From an uncultured virus (IMG/VR IMGVR_UViG_2671181139_000006) (taxonomy: Duplodnaviria > Heunggongvirae > Uroviricota > Caudoviricetes): a stretch of DNA of 64,000 bases. Each line of letters begins with the position of its first letter. Within the stretch, counting starts at the first letter, position 1. Location of the stretch: the IMG/VR virus record IMGVR_UViG_2671181139_000006; one strand, 5' to 3'. Position numbers and translations under genes: made by a program. This document shows positions 9,551 to 18,483 of the stretch, piece by piece. The notes below the pieces were generated by a model, which did no database searches, had not been told where the DNA came from, and saw only the letters and a program-made list of their open reading frames with translations.

Positions 9551-9576
9551 TGTGCAAAAATGTGCAAAAATGTGCA
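9551..9576. repeat. 10-bp tandem repeat TGTGCAAAAA x2.6
   Basis: Directly visible in intergenic DNA. Confidence 0.7.
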
Positions 9577-9583
9577 CACTAGG

Positions 9584-9790
9584 TTAAGCAGTGATATTTT
9601 TCTCACTGTTTGGTTTTATGCCAAGTTGGACAGCAATTTGATGACCTTTTCCACGCTTACATTTGGCTTGACCATTCAAAACCTTATATACGTCTTGTGG
9701 GGTGTAACCATGCTGAATAGCCCAATCAGTAACGGTTTCACCTGTTTTTTCAAACTGGGCTTTGACTTGAGCTGGAGTTTTAATCGTCAT
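9584..9790 (-). CDS. Ner/Cro-like DNA-binding protein (BcepMu gp16-like)
   Basis: KTPAQVKAQF..WA..VYKVLNG..RGKGHQIAVQLGIK; divergent from repressor. Confidence 0.85.
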   Translation of the reverse strand: MTIKTPAQVKAQFEKTGETVTDWAIQHGYTPQDVYKVLNGQAKCKRGKGHQIAVQLGIKPNSEKNITA

Positions 9791-9847
9791 AAATTTGACC
9801 CTCTCATTTGTGCGATTTAATTCGATTTAAGTTGAACCTTGGACTTT

Positions 9848-9876
9848 ATGATTGCTCAATATTTTGAGCATGTCAA
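9848..9876 (-). promoter_or_regulatory. Leftward early promoter: TTGACA-17 bp-AATCAT
   Basis: tgtcaa at 9871-9876; operator palindrome fills the spacer. Confidence 0.65.
9853..9870. promoter_or_regulatory. Repressor operator palindrome TGCTCAA-TATT-TTGAGCA
   Basis: Perfect 7-bp arms; related copies at 9884-9901 and 10119-10136. Confidence 0.7.
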
Positions 9877-9882
9877 TAATGG

Positions 9883-10359
9883 ATGATCATTATTTTGAAC
9901 AATTTTAATGAAAGATTACGCTCAGAAGTCGATAGAATAGGAGTTAGTCAATTATCAAGAGACTTAGGAATTGCTCGAAATACACTTTATAATTGGTGTG
10001 AAAAAGGAAATATCCCTCTAGATAAGCTATTGCTTTTAAAAGATTATGGCCTAGATGTGGATTATATTATTACAGGCCAAAAGTTATTCCCATTAGTAAG
10101 TCCCGAAGCCCTTATAATTGCTCAAAAATATGAGCAATCAACTACTGAAATAAAAAATAAAGTTTTGATGTTGTTGTTAAGTGGTGAGGATGCGACAAAA
10201 AATGTCGTAACTGAGATTTCCAACACTGGAAATGGCACCCAATATAATGCTAAAAAACAAACTGTTAATAATGCTCCAGTCACCCAGAATAAAACCAAAG
10301 TAAAAGTTGGTAAGCAACGGGGTGATATCGTGAATGGAGATAAGCATGTAGCCAAATAG
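9883..10359 (+). CDS. Prophage repressor (XRE/CI HTH) with N/G/V/K-rich C-terminal tail
   Basis: ERLRSE..LSRDLGIARNTLYNW..GLDVDYIITG; position divergent from ner-like gene. Confidence 0.85.
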   Translation: MIIILNNFNERLRSEVDRIGVSQLSRDLGIARNTLYNWCEKGNIPLDKLLLLKDYGLDVDYIITGQKLFPLVSPEALIIAQKYEQSTTEIKNKVLMLLLSGEDATKNVVTEISNTGNGTQYNAKKQTVNNAPVTQNKTKVKVGKQRGDIVNGDKHVAK

Positions 10360-10376
10360 CTGGGAGGAATTAAGGT

Positions 10377-11078
10377 ATGAAAAATATGGCCAATGATGAA
10401 AAAAACATTAAAATCCATAAAATTTTAGGGGATGTTATAGGTAAAGACGGTGAGACAGAAATTAAGAAGCTTAAGGGCGATTTAGTTCAGGGTAATAAGT
10501 ATCTGATTAAAAATGGTAAAGAAGCCCCACCACAGGATCATCCTAATGGAAGAGACTGCCCTCAATGTGAGGGATGGACTTGGAAACGCACGAGAGAATG
10601 TGTTCATTGTGGATATGATATCTTTACCATGGATTATGAAGCTGACTTGAAAAGACAAGAAGAAATTCAAGAGCAATTAAGAAAACAACGTGAATTAGAA
10701 GTTATTGAAGAATTGAAAAAGCAGAATAAAAAAGAACCACAAACCTTGTGGGATGTCAGTTCAAATGAGCTTTTTAAAGAACACGAACATTGTAAAAAGC
10801 AAAAATGGGAAGTTTATTCCAAAAGGTTTTTACCTTTTTCTGTAGCAATTTGCGGTTTTGTTATTTCAATTTATCTATTAATTGATTTTGTGATTCCTAA
10901 TATGTTTGGGTTGAAAACTGCTGAATGGTATCTTGTTTATGGAATTATCTTTTTTTCACTCATTCCCTCAACAATCTGGGTAAATAAAGTTAGAAGTAGG
11001 GATGATAAATTAATCGCATATTATAAAGAGCGTATTGAAATAATTACCCATATTTTGAGAGTACGTGGTGATTTATGA
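10377..11078 (+). CDS. Membrane protein: N-terminal GD-x-V-x-G motifs, CxxC..CxxC Zn ribbon, coiled coil, 2 TM
   Basis: CPQC..CVHC; two hydrophobic helices; GGAGG SD. Confidence 0.75.
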   Translation: MKNMANDEKNIKIHKILGDVIGKDGETEIKKLKGDLVQGNKYLIKNGKEAPPQDHPNGRDCPQCEGWTWKRTRECVHCGYDIFTMDYEADLKRQEEIQEQLRKQRELEVIEELKKQNKKEPQTLWDVSSNELFKEHEHCKKQKWEVYSKRFLPFSVAICGFVISIYLLIDFVIPNMFGLKTAEWYLVYGIIFFSLIPSTIWVNKVRSRDDKLIAYYKERIEIITHILRVRGDL

Positions 11079-11719
11079 AGAATGATTTTGAATGGCTAAA
11101 ATGGATTGCTTTTTTTGTTGTTCTTAGTGTTATTGGAGTTGTAGTTTATTTTGCTGTCCCAAATCGGAATACTGAACAGCCCAAACAGGAACAAACATTG
11201 ACAACTACACATGAAAATGTGCAAGTTCAAAAATCTTCAACACAAGATCAACAAGAAACTGTTCCTGTTTCTTATAATGAAGTTGCTCAAAGACTAAAGT
11301 CAGAAGTTCAAGATGCAGTTAATGAAGTTCCACCAGTTTCAATTTATATTGCTGATTTAATGGCAGCTAGAAATGTAAAGTGGGATGAATTAAACCAAAT
11401 TGAAAAGACGACTTATAGCAAAGTCATGAAGGATGTTCAGCAAGAAGGACTTAAACTTCTATGTTCAAGTGGTGTGGTAACTGAAATTTATAGTTTTGAT
11501 AGTAATCAACATAATAAATTTTATGAAGCCGGTATTATAGATGACAGTGGTAAAGTCTTTAGAGTTATTGCAATTGGTTCATCTGGTAATATTGAAGCTG
11601 ATAGCCGAATGAAATTCTGTGGTCAGGTAACAGGTAGGCTAAGTTATAGCAATGCAATGGGTGGTACAACTCATGCCCCTTTTTTAGTTGGTATGTTTGA
11701 TTTACCTGAGAATAAATAA
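11075..11719 (+). CDS. Membrane-anchored extracytoplasmic protein (moron)
   Basis: N-terminal TM, Q/T linker, beta-rich C-terminal domain; ATGA overlap. Confidence 0.7.
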   Translation: MKNDFEWLKWIAFFVVLSVIGVVVYFAVPNRNTEQPKQEQTLTTTHENVQVQKSSTQDQQETVPVSYNEVAQRLKSEVQDAVNEVPPVSIYIADLMAARNVKWDELNQIEKTTYSKVMKDVQQEGLKLLCSSGVVTEIYSFDSNQHNKFYEAGIIDDSGKVFRVIAIGSSGNIEADSRMKFCGQVTGRLSYSNAMGGTTHAPFLVGMFDLPENK

Positions 11720-11725
11720 AACTGA

Positions 11726-11794
11726 GCGGAAGTCCTTCCGCCTGATATAAATAAACTTATACATACAAACTTAGCCTCATCATTTGATGGGGTT
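11726..11794 (+). promoter_or_regulatory. Late promoter 1 (activator palindrome GCGGAAG-TC-CTTCCGC, -10 CAAACT, hairpin)
   Basis: One of five copies with identical spacing; upstream of lysin. Confidence 0.8.
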
Positions 11795-11799
11795 TTTTT

Positions 11800-12300
11800 G
11801 TGAACAAAACTTTTCAAACAGCACTAAAACGAGTGCTTCAACATGAGGGTGGATATGTAAATCATCCCTCCGATCCCGGTGGTGAAACTAATTACGGCAT
11901 AACAAAAAGTGTTGCACGCCAATATGGCTTTAAAGGTTCAATGAAAGATATCCCGATGTCTACAGTTGAGAAGATTTATAAGAGCCAGTATTGGGATGCA
12001 ATGAGCTGTGACAGTTTTCCATTCTCTGTGGCTTTCCAGCTTTTTGATGCAGCAGTAAATCATGGGTTGCTCAATGCCCGAAAACTTTTACAGCGTGCAG
12101 TCGGTGTGAAAGATGATGGCATTATTGGCCCCTTAACTTTAGCTGAAGTTCGTAAGCAACCACAGTTTGCATTAATCAGCTTATTCAATTCCAAACGCAT
12201 TGAATTCTATACAAAGATTTCAACTTTCAATGCCTTCGGAAAAGGCTGGATGGCACGTGTAGCGGTGAACTTGAAATATGCTGCGGAGGATATGTTATGA
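11800..12300 (+). CDS. Endolysin, glycoside hydrolase family 108 with PG-binding domain
   Basis: HEGGYVNHPSDPGGETNYGIT, FDAAVNHG, DGIIGPLT, FGKGW. Confidence 0.92.
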   Translation: MNKTFQTALKRVLQHEGGYVNHPSDPGGETNYGITKSVARQYGFKGSMKDIPMSTVEKIYKSQYWDAMSCDSFPFSVAFQLFDAAVNHGLLNARKLLQRAVGVKDDGIIGPLTLAEVRKQPQFALISLFNSKRIEFYTKISTFNAFGKGWMARVAVNLKYAAEDML

Positions 12301-12656
12301 GTCAATGGAAGCGTAATTACCGACGTCAGCTAGAAAAAATGCAAAATGCTGCGGCTAACCAAGGTAAGCATGTTGAACCGCAGGCTATTCAAGGCGTTAT
12401 GGTAAAGCTCAAAAAGCGCTGGATTGTTGAAAATTGGCGCAGTGGCTGGTTATGGCTGTCGAACTGGTTCATTGCATTAATTGGATATGTTCAAATTTAT
12501 GGCGTGCCGCCAGAGTTGATTCAATTATTACCAATGGCAACCCAGCAACGCGTAACAACTGCTTTGGCTATTTTAGCTTTCATTGGTCGCTTTATTGATC
12601 AAAACCGTGCTAAGCCTTTGCCACATGCATCTGATACGGTTAAGGAGGATGCATGA
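12297..12656 (+). CDS. Putative holin
   Basis: Two TM segments; next to lysin. Confidence 0.6.
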   Translation: MSQWKRNYRRQLEKMQNAAANQGKHVEPQAIQGVMVKLKKRWIVENWRSGWLWLSNWFIALIGYVQIYGVPPELIQLLPMATQQRVTTALAILAFIGRFIDQNRAKPLPHASDTVKEDA

Positions 12657-12997
12657 CCATTGAGCTTGAACCATATCAAGTGTTTTTAGTTCTATCGGCT
12701 GTGCTAAGCGCAGTCGCTGGAATGATCAAGCTCATGGGTAGCCAGATTAATAAAAACATTCAGCAAAACTTTGAATCAACCAATCAAAAGATTGAGGAAG
12801 TGTCACGCCAAGCTGCCAAGGGGCAAGAAGAAGTCCGGGAGCTTGAGCGTAAATTCCTTGAGTTCAAAGCCGATATGCCTTTTCGCTACATTGCCCGTGA
12901 TGACTATATTCGCGGTCAAACCATTATTGAAGCCAAGCTTGATGCTGTAGCAGAAAAGCTTGAAAAAGTTCAGATTAAGCAAGGAATTAACCCATGA
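12653..12997 (+). CDS. TM + coiled-coil protein (Mu gp25-position)
   Basis: N-terminal TM; RYIARDDY motif. Confidence 0.65.
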   Translation: MTIELEPYQVFLVLSAVLSAVAGMIKLMGSQINKNIQQNFESTNQKIEEVSRQAAKGQEEVRELERKFLEFKADMPFRYIARDDYIRGQTIIEAKLDAVAEKLEKVQIKQGINP

Positions 12998-13305
12998 GTT
13001 TTGATCTTCAAAAAATCCGTCGTGAAGGTATGCGCTGGCATTTGCTGAATGCCTTAGATAAAGCTCGTCCACTTGGTGCATTGGATACTTTATTGCTTGA
13101 TGTAATGCGTGCCTTGTACGCTGATACAACCCCACAAGAATTACATGTTCAATTGGACTATTTAGAAGAACGTAAGCTAGTTGAAATTAAAAAGCAGCCT
13201 GATGGTCATTGGCATGCAAAGCTAGATCGTTTGGGCATTGATATTGTTGAGTACACAATTGATTGCCAAGCTGGTATTGCCCGTCCTGAAAAGTACTGGA
13301 ACTGA
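12994..13305 (+). CDS. Mu gp26-like winged-helix protein
   Basis: RW.LL.AL..LDYLEERKLV..GIARP; position before small terminase. Confidence 0.7.
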   Translation: MSFDLQKIRREGMRWHLLNALDKARPLGALDTLLLDVMRALYADTTPQELHVQLDYLEERKLVEIKKQPDGHWHAKLDRLGIDIVEYTIDCQAGIARPEKYWN

Positions 13306-13313
13306 GGTGACAC

Positions 13314-13859
13314 ATGGCAAGAGAGTCATCAATTGATTTGCTAAGTGCTGAGGATAAAACTTGGCTTGATAAGCGGTTTATGGATCAGGGTTTTTGTGGC
13401 TACGAAGAAATCGCCAAAATCCTGCAAGAGCGTGGTTATGACATTAGTAAATCAAGCATTCATCGTTATGGTCAGAAAGTAGAACAAAAGCTTGCTGCGG
13501 TTCAGGCCAGTACACAAGCAGCCATGATGATTGCCGATGCTGCCCCAGATGACAGCGACATGCGTAGCTCTGCTGTTTTGTCGTTGGTTCAGACAGAATT
13601 GTTTAATGCGCTCATTGCTCTGCAAGAATCAGAAAATCCTGATGCAGACCCAGCAGATCGAATCATGCTGATGGCAAAAGCTGGTAAAGGAATTGCCGAA
13701 ATTTCCAAAGCTTCTGTGAACCAGAAAAAATGGGAATCAGAAGTTAAAGAACGTGTACAGGCTGCTGCCAAAGAGGTGGATAAGATCGTTAAGAAAAGTG
13801 GTTTATCCAAAGAAACGGCTAATGAAATCCGTAAACAGATTTTAGGGATAACGAGTTAA
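13314..13859 (+). CDS. Terminase small subunit (Mu gp27/DUF3486)
   Basis: SSIDLL, ISKSSIHRYG, GLS..IRKQILG. Confidence 0.85.
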   Translation: MARESSIDLLSAEDKTWLDKRFMDQGFCGYEEIAKILQERGYDISKSSIHRYGQKVEQKLAAVQASTQAAMMIADAAPDDSDMRSSAVLSLVQTELFNALIALQESENPDADPADRIMLMAKAGKGIAEISKASVNQKKWESEVKERVQAAAKEVDKIVKKSGLSKETANEIRKQILGITS

Positions 13860-15418
13860 TGTCAAATAACCCTCTTCATGAATCACTTGAGCCTGATTTT
13901 TTTAGTGATGTGCCAGCTGTACTTTTAAAGTATCAGCAAAAATGGGTATCTGATAAAACCCCATTGAAAGTGGCTGAAAAATCACGTCGTATTGGTTTGA
14001 CATGGGCTGAATGTGCCGATGCAACACTTGAATGTGCCAGTGATCGAAATGCAGGTGGACAAAATATCTATTATGTTGGGTACAACAAGGATATGACAGT
14101 TGAGTTTATTCAAGCTTGTGCAATGTGGGCAAGGGTTTATGACTTAGCTGCAAGTGAACTTGAGGAAGGTATTTGGGAGGATGGTGATAAACAGATTCAG
14201 ACTTATATTATCCGTTTTCCAAACTCTGGCTTCCGAATTGAAGCGCTAACTAGTCGTCCATCGAACTTACGTGGTCGTCAGGGCCGACTAATTATTGATG
14301 AGGGTGCCTTCCATGATGATTTGCCGGGTTTGCTTAAGGCTGCTTTAGCATTTTTGATTCTCGGTGGTTGTGTTCGCGTCATCAGTACTCATGAAGGTGA
14401 AGATAATCCATTTAATGAACTGATTAATGAAATTCGTTCTGGTAAGCGTAAAGGGTCAGTCCATCGTATAACCTTCTCTGATGCTGTAGCTCAAGGGCTA
14501 TATAGTCATACCGTTTGTTTGCGTAAAGGTATTGCTTATGATCCTGATGAGGAAAAGGAATGGATTGATGATGTTTATGGGTTTTATGGTGATGCTGCTA
14601 ATGAAGAACTAGATGTTATTCCATCCAAAGGTGGTGGTCGCTGGCTACCACATTCATTATTAGAGAGTAAGAAAGACAGCACAGTACCAGTCATCCGTTT
14701 TCATGCACCTAAAGGTTGGGATGACTTTAGTAATGTGAGTGAAGAGGCTCGAAATGCTGAAGTACTGGAGTTCTTTAATGAGCATTTAAAGCCATTGATT
14801 GAAGCTTTACCAAAAAAAACGACCAGTTACTATGGCTTAGACTTTGCCCGTAAGGTCAATGCTTGTTCATTCTGGCCGTTGGTAGAACAGCCCAATACTA
14901 GAAAGCGTATTCCTTTCTTGTTTGAAATGTTCAAAGTTCCATATAAACAACAAGAAGAATTTCTAAAACTTATTGTTGCGATACTGCCTAACTTTAGCAA
15001 AGGTGCACATGATGCTGGAGGTAATGGTGGTTATTTAGCTGAAGCCATGCAGGTTATATATGGTGAACGAATTGAAGCTATCATGTTGACTGAAGCATGG
15101 TATCGTGAAAATACACCACACTTTAAAGCCTCACTGGAAGATGGTGATATTGAGAACATGCCAGCGGATCAGGATGTCTTGGAAGATCACCGGGCATTTG
15201 TGATGGTAAACGGTGTTGCTCGTATTCCAGCACAAGGTAAATCTAATTCAAATAATAAAGATCGTCACGGTGATAGTGCGATTGCTCACTTGTTAGCAGA
15301 TTATGCTAGCAACCATCCGTCAGCACCGATTGAGTTCATTCCATTACCTTCCCGAGAAGAAATTGAAACGAATCCAGATGATTATGATGGTTGGTTTAGT
15401 GAAGTTGGATGCTATTAA
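13859..15418 (+). CDS. Terminase large subunit (Mu gp28-like)
   Basis: EKSRRIGLTW, LRGRQGRLIIDEGAF, HGDSAIA. Confidence 0.92.
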   Translation: MSNNPLHESLEPDFFSDVPAVLLKYQQKWVSDKTPLKVAEKSRRIGLTWAECADATLECASDRNAGGQNIYYVGYNKDMTVEFIQACAMWARVYDLAASELEEGIWEDGDKQIQTYIIRFPNSGFRIEALTSRPSNLRGRQGRLIIDEGAFHDDLPGLLKAALAFLILGGCVRVISTHEGEDNPFNELINEIRSGKRKGSVHRITFSDAVAQGLYSHTVCLRKGIAYDPDEEKEWIDDVYGFYGDAANEELDVIPSKGGGRWLPHSLLESKKDSTVPVIRFHAPKGWDDFSNVSEEARNAEVLEFFNEHLKPLIEALPKKTTSYYGLDFARKVNACSFWPLVEQPNTRKRIPFLFEMFKVPYKQQEEFLKLIVAILPNFSKGAHDAGGNGGYLAEAMQVIYGERIEAIMLTEAWYRENTPHFKASLEDGDIENMPADQDVLEDHRAFVMVNGVARIPAQGKSNSNNKDRHGDSAIAHLLADYASNHPSAPIEFIPLPSREEIETNPDDYDGWFSEVGCY

Positions 15419-15450
15419 TTTCTTTCAAATGACTGAGCTAGTTCATTTAT

Positions 15451-15541
15451 AGATTTATAAATCTTTATAAACGCGATTTAAGCGATTTCTTTTATTATTT
15501 GCTGTAATGATGCATAAAATGAATTAAAACGCTTAAATCGC
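15451..15541. repeat. AT-rich palindrome and 12-bp inverted repeat (candidate strong-gyrase-site-like element)
   Basis: AGATTTATAAATCT at 15451-15464; GCGATTTAAGCG 15473-15484 / CGCTTAAATCGC 15530-15541. Confidence 0.5.
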
Positions 15542-15571
15542 AATTCTGCGTGTTTAAGAATTTCAAACTGA

Positions 15572-15648
15572 GCGGAAGTCCTTCCGCCTGATTTTTTCCA
15601 TGAATAAGTCCAACAATGATGCAGAATCCACAATCTGTTTTTCATCAT
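15572..15648 (+). promoter_or_regulatory. Late promoter 2 (-10 AACAAT)
   Basis: Identical palindrome and spacing; upstream of portal. Confidence 0.8.
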
Positions 15649-17233
15649 GGCTAAAAAAGACCGCACTTCAAAAAAACAAGACCTATCTTCTCTTGAAACA
15701 CGTCAAACAGCAGAAATTGCTTGGTTACAGACTCAGTGGCAAGAGCATCCGGTTGTTGGTATGACACCCCAGCGTTTACACCAGTTGCTGACAGATGCTG
15801 AGCAAGGCAATTTACAGGCTCAAGCTGATTTGTTTTGTGATATGGAAGAACGTGATGGCCATATCTTCAGTGAAATGGATAAGCGAAAAAAAGGCGTCAA
15901 TGGCTTAGACTGGAATGTAAAACCACCAAGAAAGAACCCAACACCTCAAGAAAAAAAGATTGCAGAGGAAGTTGCAGAATGGATTGGGGATATTAAAAAT
16001 TTAGAATTGGTTTTTTACAATGCCCTTGATGCTATTGGTCATGGTTATAGTTGCCAAGAACTTGAGTGGGAACGCCTCGGTAGTTTGTGGCTACCAAAGG
16101 AATTTCATTACACCATTCCAAGAAATTTTATGACTCCACATAACCAGCTGAATTGCTTGCGTATCAATGATGGAACAATTGAGGGTGCTGAATTTTGGGA
16201 CTTTGGCTGGTTTGTGCATAAGCATCAAGCGAAGTCTGGTTATATTGCCCGATCTGGCTTGCATCGAGTTTTAAGTTGGCCTTTTTTATTCAAAAACTAT
16301 GGTGTCCGTGATGTGATGGAGTTTTTGGAAACCTATGGCCTCCCGAGTAAAATTGGTAAATATCAAGAAGGTGCAACCCAAGAAGAAAAACTAACCTTGC
16401 TTCGGGCTGTTATGAGTATTGGGCGTAATGCTGGCGGCATTATCCCTAAAGGCATGAGTATTGAATTTGAAAAGGCCACAGATGGTGATACCAAAAACCA
16501 TTTTGACTTAGTGGACTGGTGTGAGAAGACAGAATCTAAAGTCATTGTTGGCGGTACTTTACTTTCTCAGGCGGATGGTAAAACCAGTACTAATGCCCAA
16601 TCTAATACCCACGAGATTCAATTTAGAGCAATTACTAAATCTGATGCAAAACAGCTTGCACGCTCTTTAAGCGACAATTTAATTGCACCCATGATGCGTA
16701 TCAATTATCCAGAGGTTCCAAGAGACCGTTATCCTGAATTTTGGTTTGACACTTCTGATACTGAAGACATGGAGAGTTTCAGTAATTCATTAGACAAATT
16801 GGTAAGAGTTGGGTTGCGTATCCCTCGCAGTTGGGCACACGGGAAATTGGGTATTCCTGAACCTGCTGATGATCAGGAAGCCGTACTTGGGATTGTGCAA
16901 CCGCCAAGTCAAATACCAAACCTTGCTTTAAATACCTTCCAGCCAAATTTATTGAACAGTTTGATTGCTGCAAACTCTGCCCAGTTACCTGTTGAAGAAC
17001 AGGCATTACAACTGCTAGTGAAAGATCAATCTGAGAATGCACAAGCTACCGCTGAAGACTGGACCAAGCAATTATTGGCGAAAATTGATGCTGGCAATGA
17101 AGATGAAATTTTAGCACTACTTCAGGATGTTTACCCGGCAGATGATGAACCTGCTTTACAGGAAAAATTAACCCGTTTAATTTTTGCTGCTGAAGTGATG
17201 GGTCACTTAAGTGTTCAAGCGGAGCAAAGCTGA
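15647..17233 (+). CDS. Portal protein (Mu gp29/DUF935)
   Basis: DMEERDGH, FLETYGLP..GKY, SKVIVGGTL; follows terminase. Confidence 0.92.
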   Translation: MAKKDRTSKKQDLSSLETRQTAEIAWLQTQWQEHPVVGMTPQRLHQLLTDAEQGNLQAQADLFCDMEERDGHIFSEMDKRKKGVNGLDWNVKPPRKNPTPQEKKIAEEVAEWIGDIKNLELVFYNALDAIGHGYSCQELEWERLGSLWLPKEFHYTIPRNFMTPHNQLNCLRINDGTIEGAEFWDFGWFVHKHQAKSGYIARSGLHRVLSWPFLFKNYGVRDVMEFLETYGLPSKIGKYQEGATQEEKLTLLRAVMSIGRNAGGIIPKGMSIEFEKATDGDTKNHFDLVDWCEKTESKVIVGGTLLSQADGKTSTNAQSNTHEIQFRAITKSDAKQLARSLSDNLIAPMMRINYPEVPRDRYPEFWFDTSDTEDMESFSNSLDKLVRVGLRIPRSWAHGKLGIPEPADDQEAVLGIVQPPSQIPNLALNTFQPNLLNSLIAANSAQLPVEEQALQLLVKDQSENAQATAEDWTKQLLAKIDAGNEDEILALLQDVYPADDEPALQEKLTRLIFAAEVMGHLSVQAEQS

Positions 17234-18483
17234 TGCCTACCGCTCAACGTCCAGAGTTGAAAGCTTTATTCGAACTCCCCCCAAGTGATGCTATTTCTTA
17301 TCTTGAAAAAAAGGGTTTTAAGATTGGTTGGGATTGGCATGAAACCCTTGATAATGCGCATAGCAAAGCATTTACCGTTGCAAAAGTTGCCCGCATGGAT
17401 TTGCTTCAGGATATCCGTCAATCATTGATCAGTGCGATGCAGCAAGGCCAAACACTGGAGCAATGGAAAGCCAGCATTACTCCAACACTTCAAAGTAAGG
17501 GATGGTGGGGAAAGAAAACAGTCATAAATCCTGAAGGTCGTGAACAAGAGGTTCAGCTGGGAAGCCCGCGACGTTTGCGTACAATCTACGATACAAATAT
17601 GCAATCTGCGTTTGCAGCTGGGCGCTACAAAGCCATGATTGCTGGCAGTGAAACTAGGCCTTATTGGGAATGGCGACATATTACGATTAGCAATCCCCGT
17701 AAACAGCACGTTGCCTTAGACGGCCGATTATTCCGTTTTGATGATCCATTTTGGGGTGTTGCTTACCCGCCAAGTGAGTGGGGTTGCAAATGCCGGGTAA
17801 TTGCACGCTCAGTCCGTGAGGTTGAAGGCAAAGAAATTTTATCCAGTGATGGCCATGAATCTGCAATATATGAACATGTGGGCACAGATCGCAATACTGG
17901 TGCTGATGTCATTGTTAAGCGTACACAGTTTGATATACCAACTAAGGACGGCAATCTATCATTTGCTCCAGCTGCTGGGTTCAATGGTTCGCCAGCATCT
18001 AGCTATTTGATGAATGATGTAATGGTACGCCGTGCAACTGATTTAATGGGTGAAACCAAGGGTTTGCAACAGGCACAGCAGTTAATGACTAATCAGAATC
18101 TTTCCAAAGTTCATGAGAGTTTTGTGAAAAATGCTCTGAGCCTTTCTAAACCGAAAAAACAGATTAGCCCAGTTGGTGTACTTCAATCTGATTCAGTTGG
18201 GTTTTTATCTGCACAGGGTCAATCACTTGAATCTAAAATGGTTTGGATGCGTGATGATGTGATTGTAAATAAAAAATACTCTGATATCTCTATGTCTACG
18301 TTGAGTGCATTGCCTGATTTAATCTCCAAGGTAGAGCAGAAACTTTGGGATAAACAAAACCAAACCCTATTTTATTTATTATCAGATGATGTGGTTGTTG
18401 AGTTAAAGATTGAGTCAGGTCATTTGCAAGTTTTACGTATCTTCAAAGGCATGCCTGCCAATGATTTTGAGGAGATTAAATGA
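17233..18483 (+). CDS. Mu gpF/gp30 minor head protein with C-terminal extension
   Basis: AFTVAK, RRLRTIYDTN, YPPSEWGCKCRV. Confidence 0.9.
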   Translation: MPTAQRPELKALFELPPSDAISYLEKKGFKIGWDWHETLDNAHSKAFTVAKVARMDLLQDIRQSLISAMQQGQTLEQWKASITPTLQSKGWWGKKTVINPEGREQEVQLGSPRRLRTIYDTNMQSAFAAGRYKAMIAGSETRPYWEWRHITISNPRKQHVALDGRLFRFDDPFWGVAYPPSEWGCKCRVIARSVREVEGKEILSSDGHESAIYEHVGTDRNTGADVIVKRTQFDIPTKDGNLSFAPAAGFNGSPASSYLMNDVMVRRATDLMGETKGLQQAQQLMTNQNLSKVHESFVKNALSLSKPKKQISPVGVLQSDSVGFLSAQGQSLESKMVWMRDDVIVNKKYSDISMSTLSALPDLISKVEQKLWDKQNQTLFYLLSDDVVVELKIESGHLQVLRIFKGMPANDFEEIK

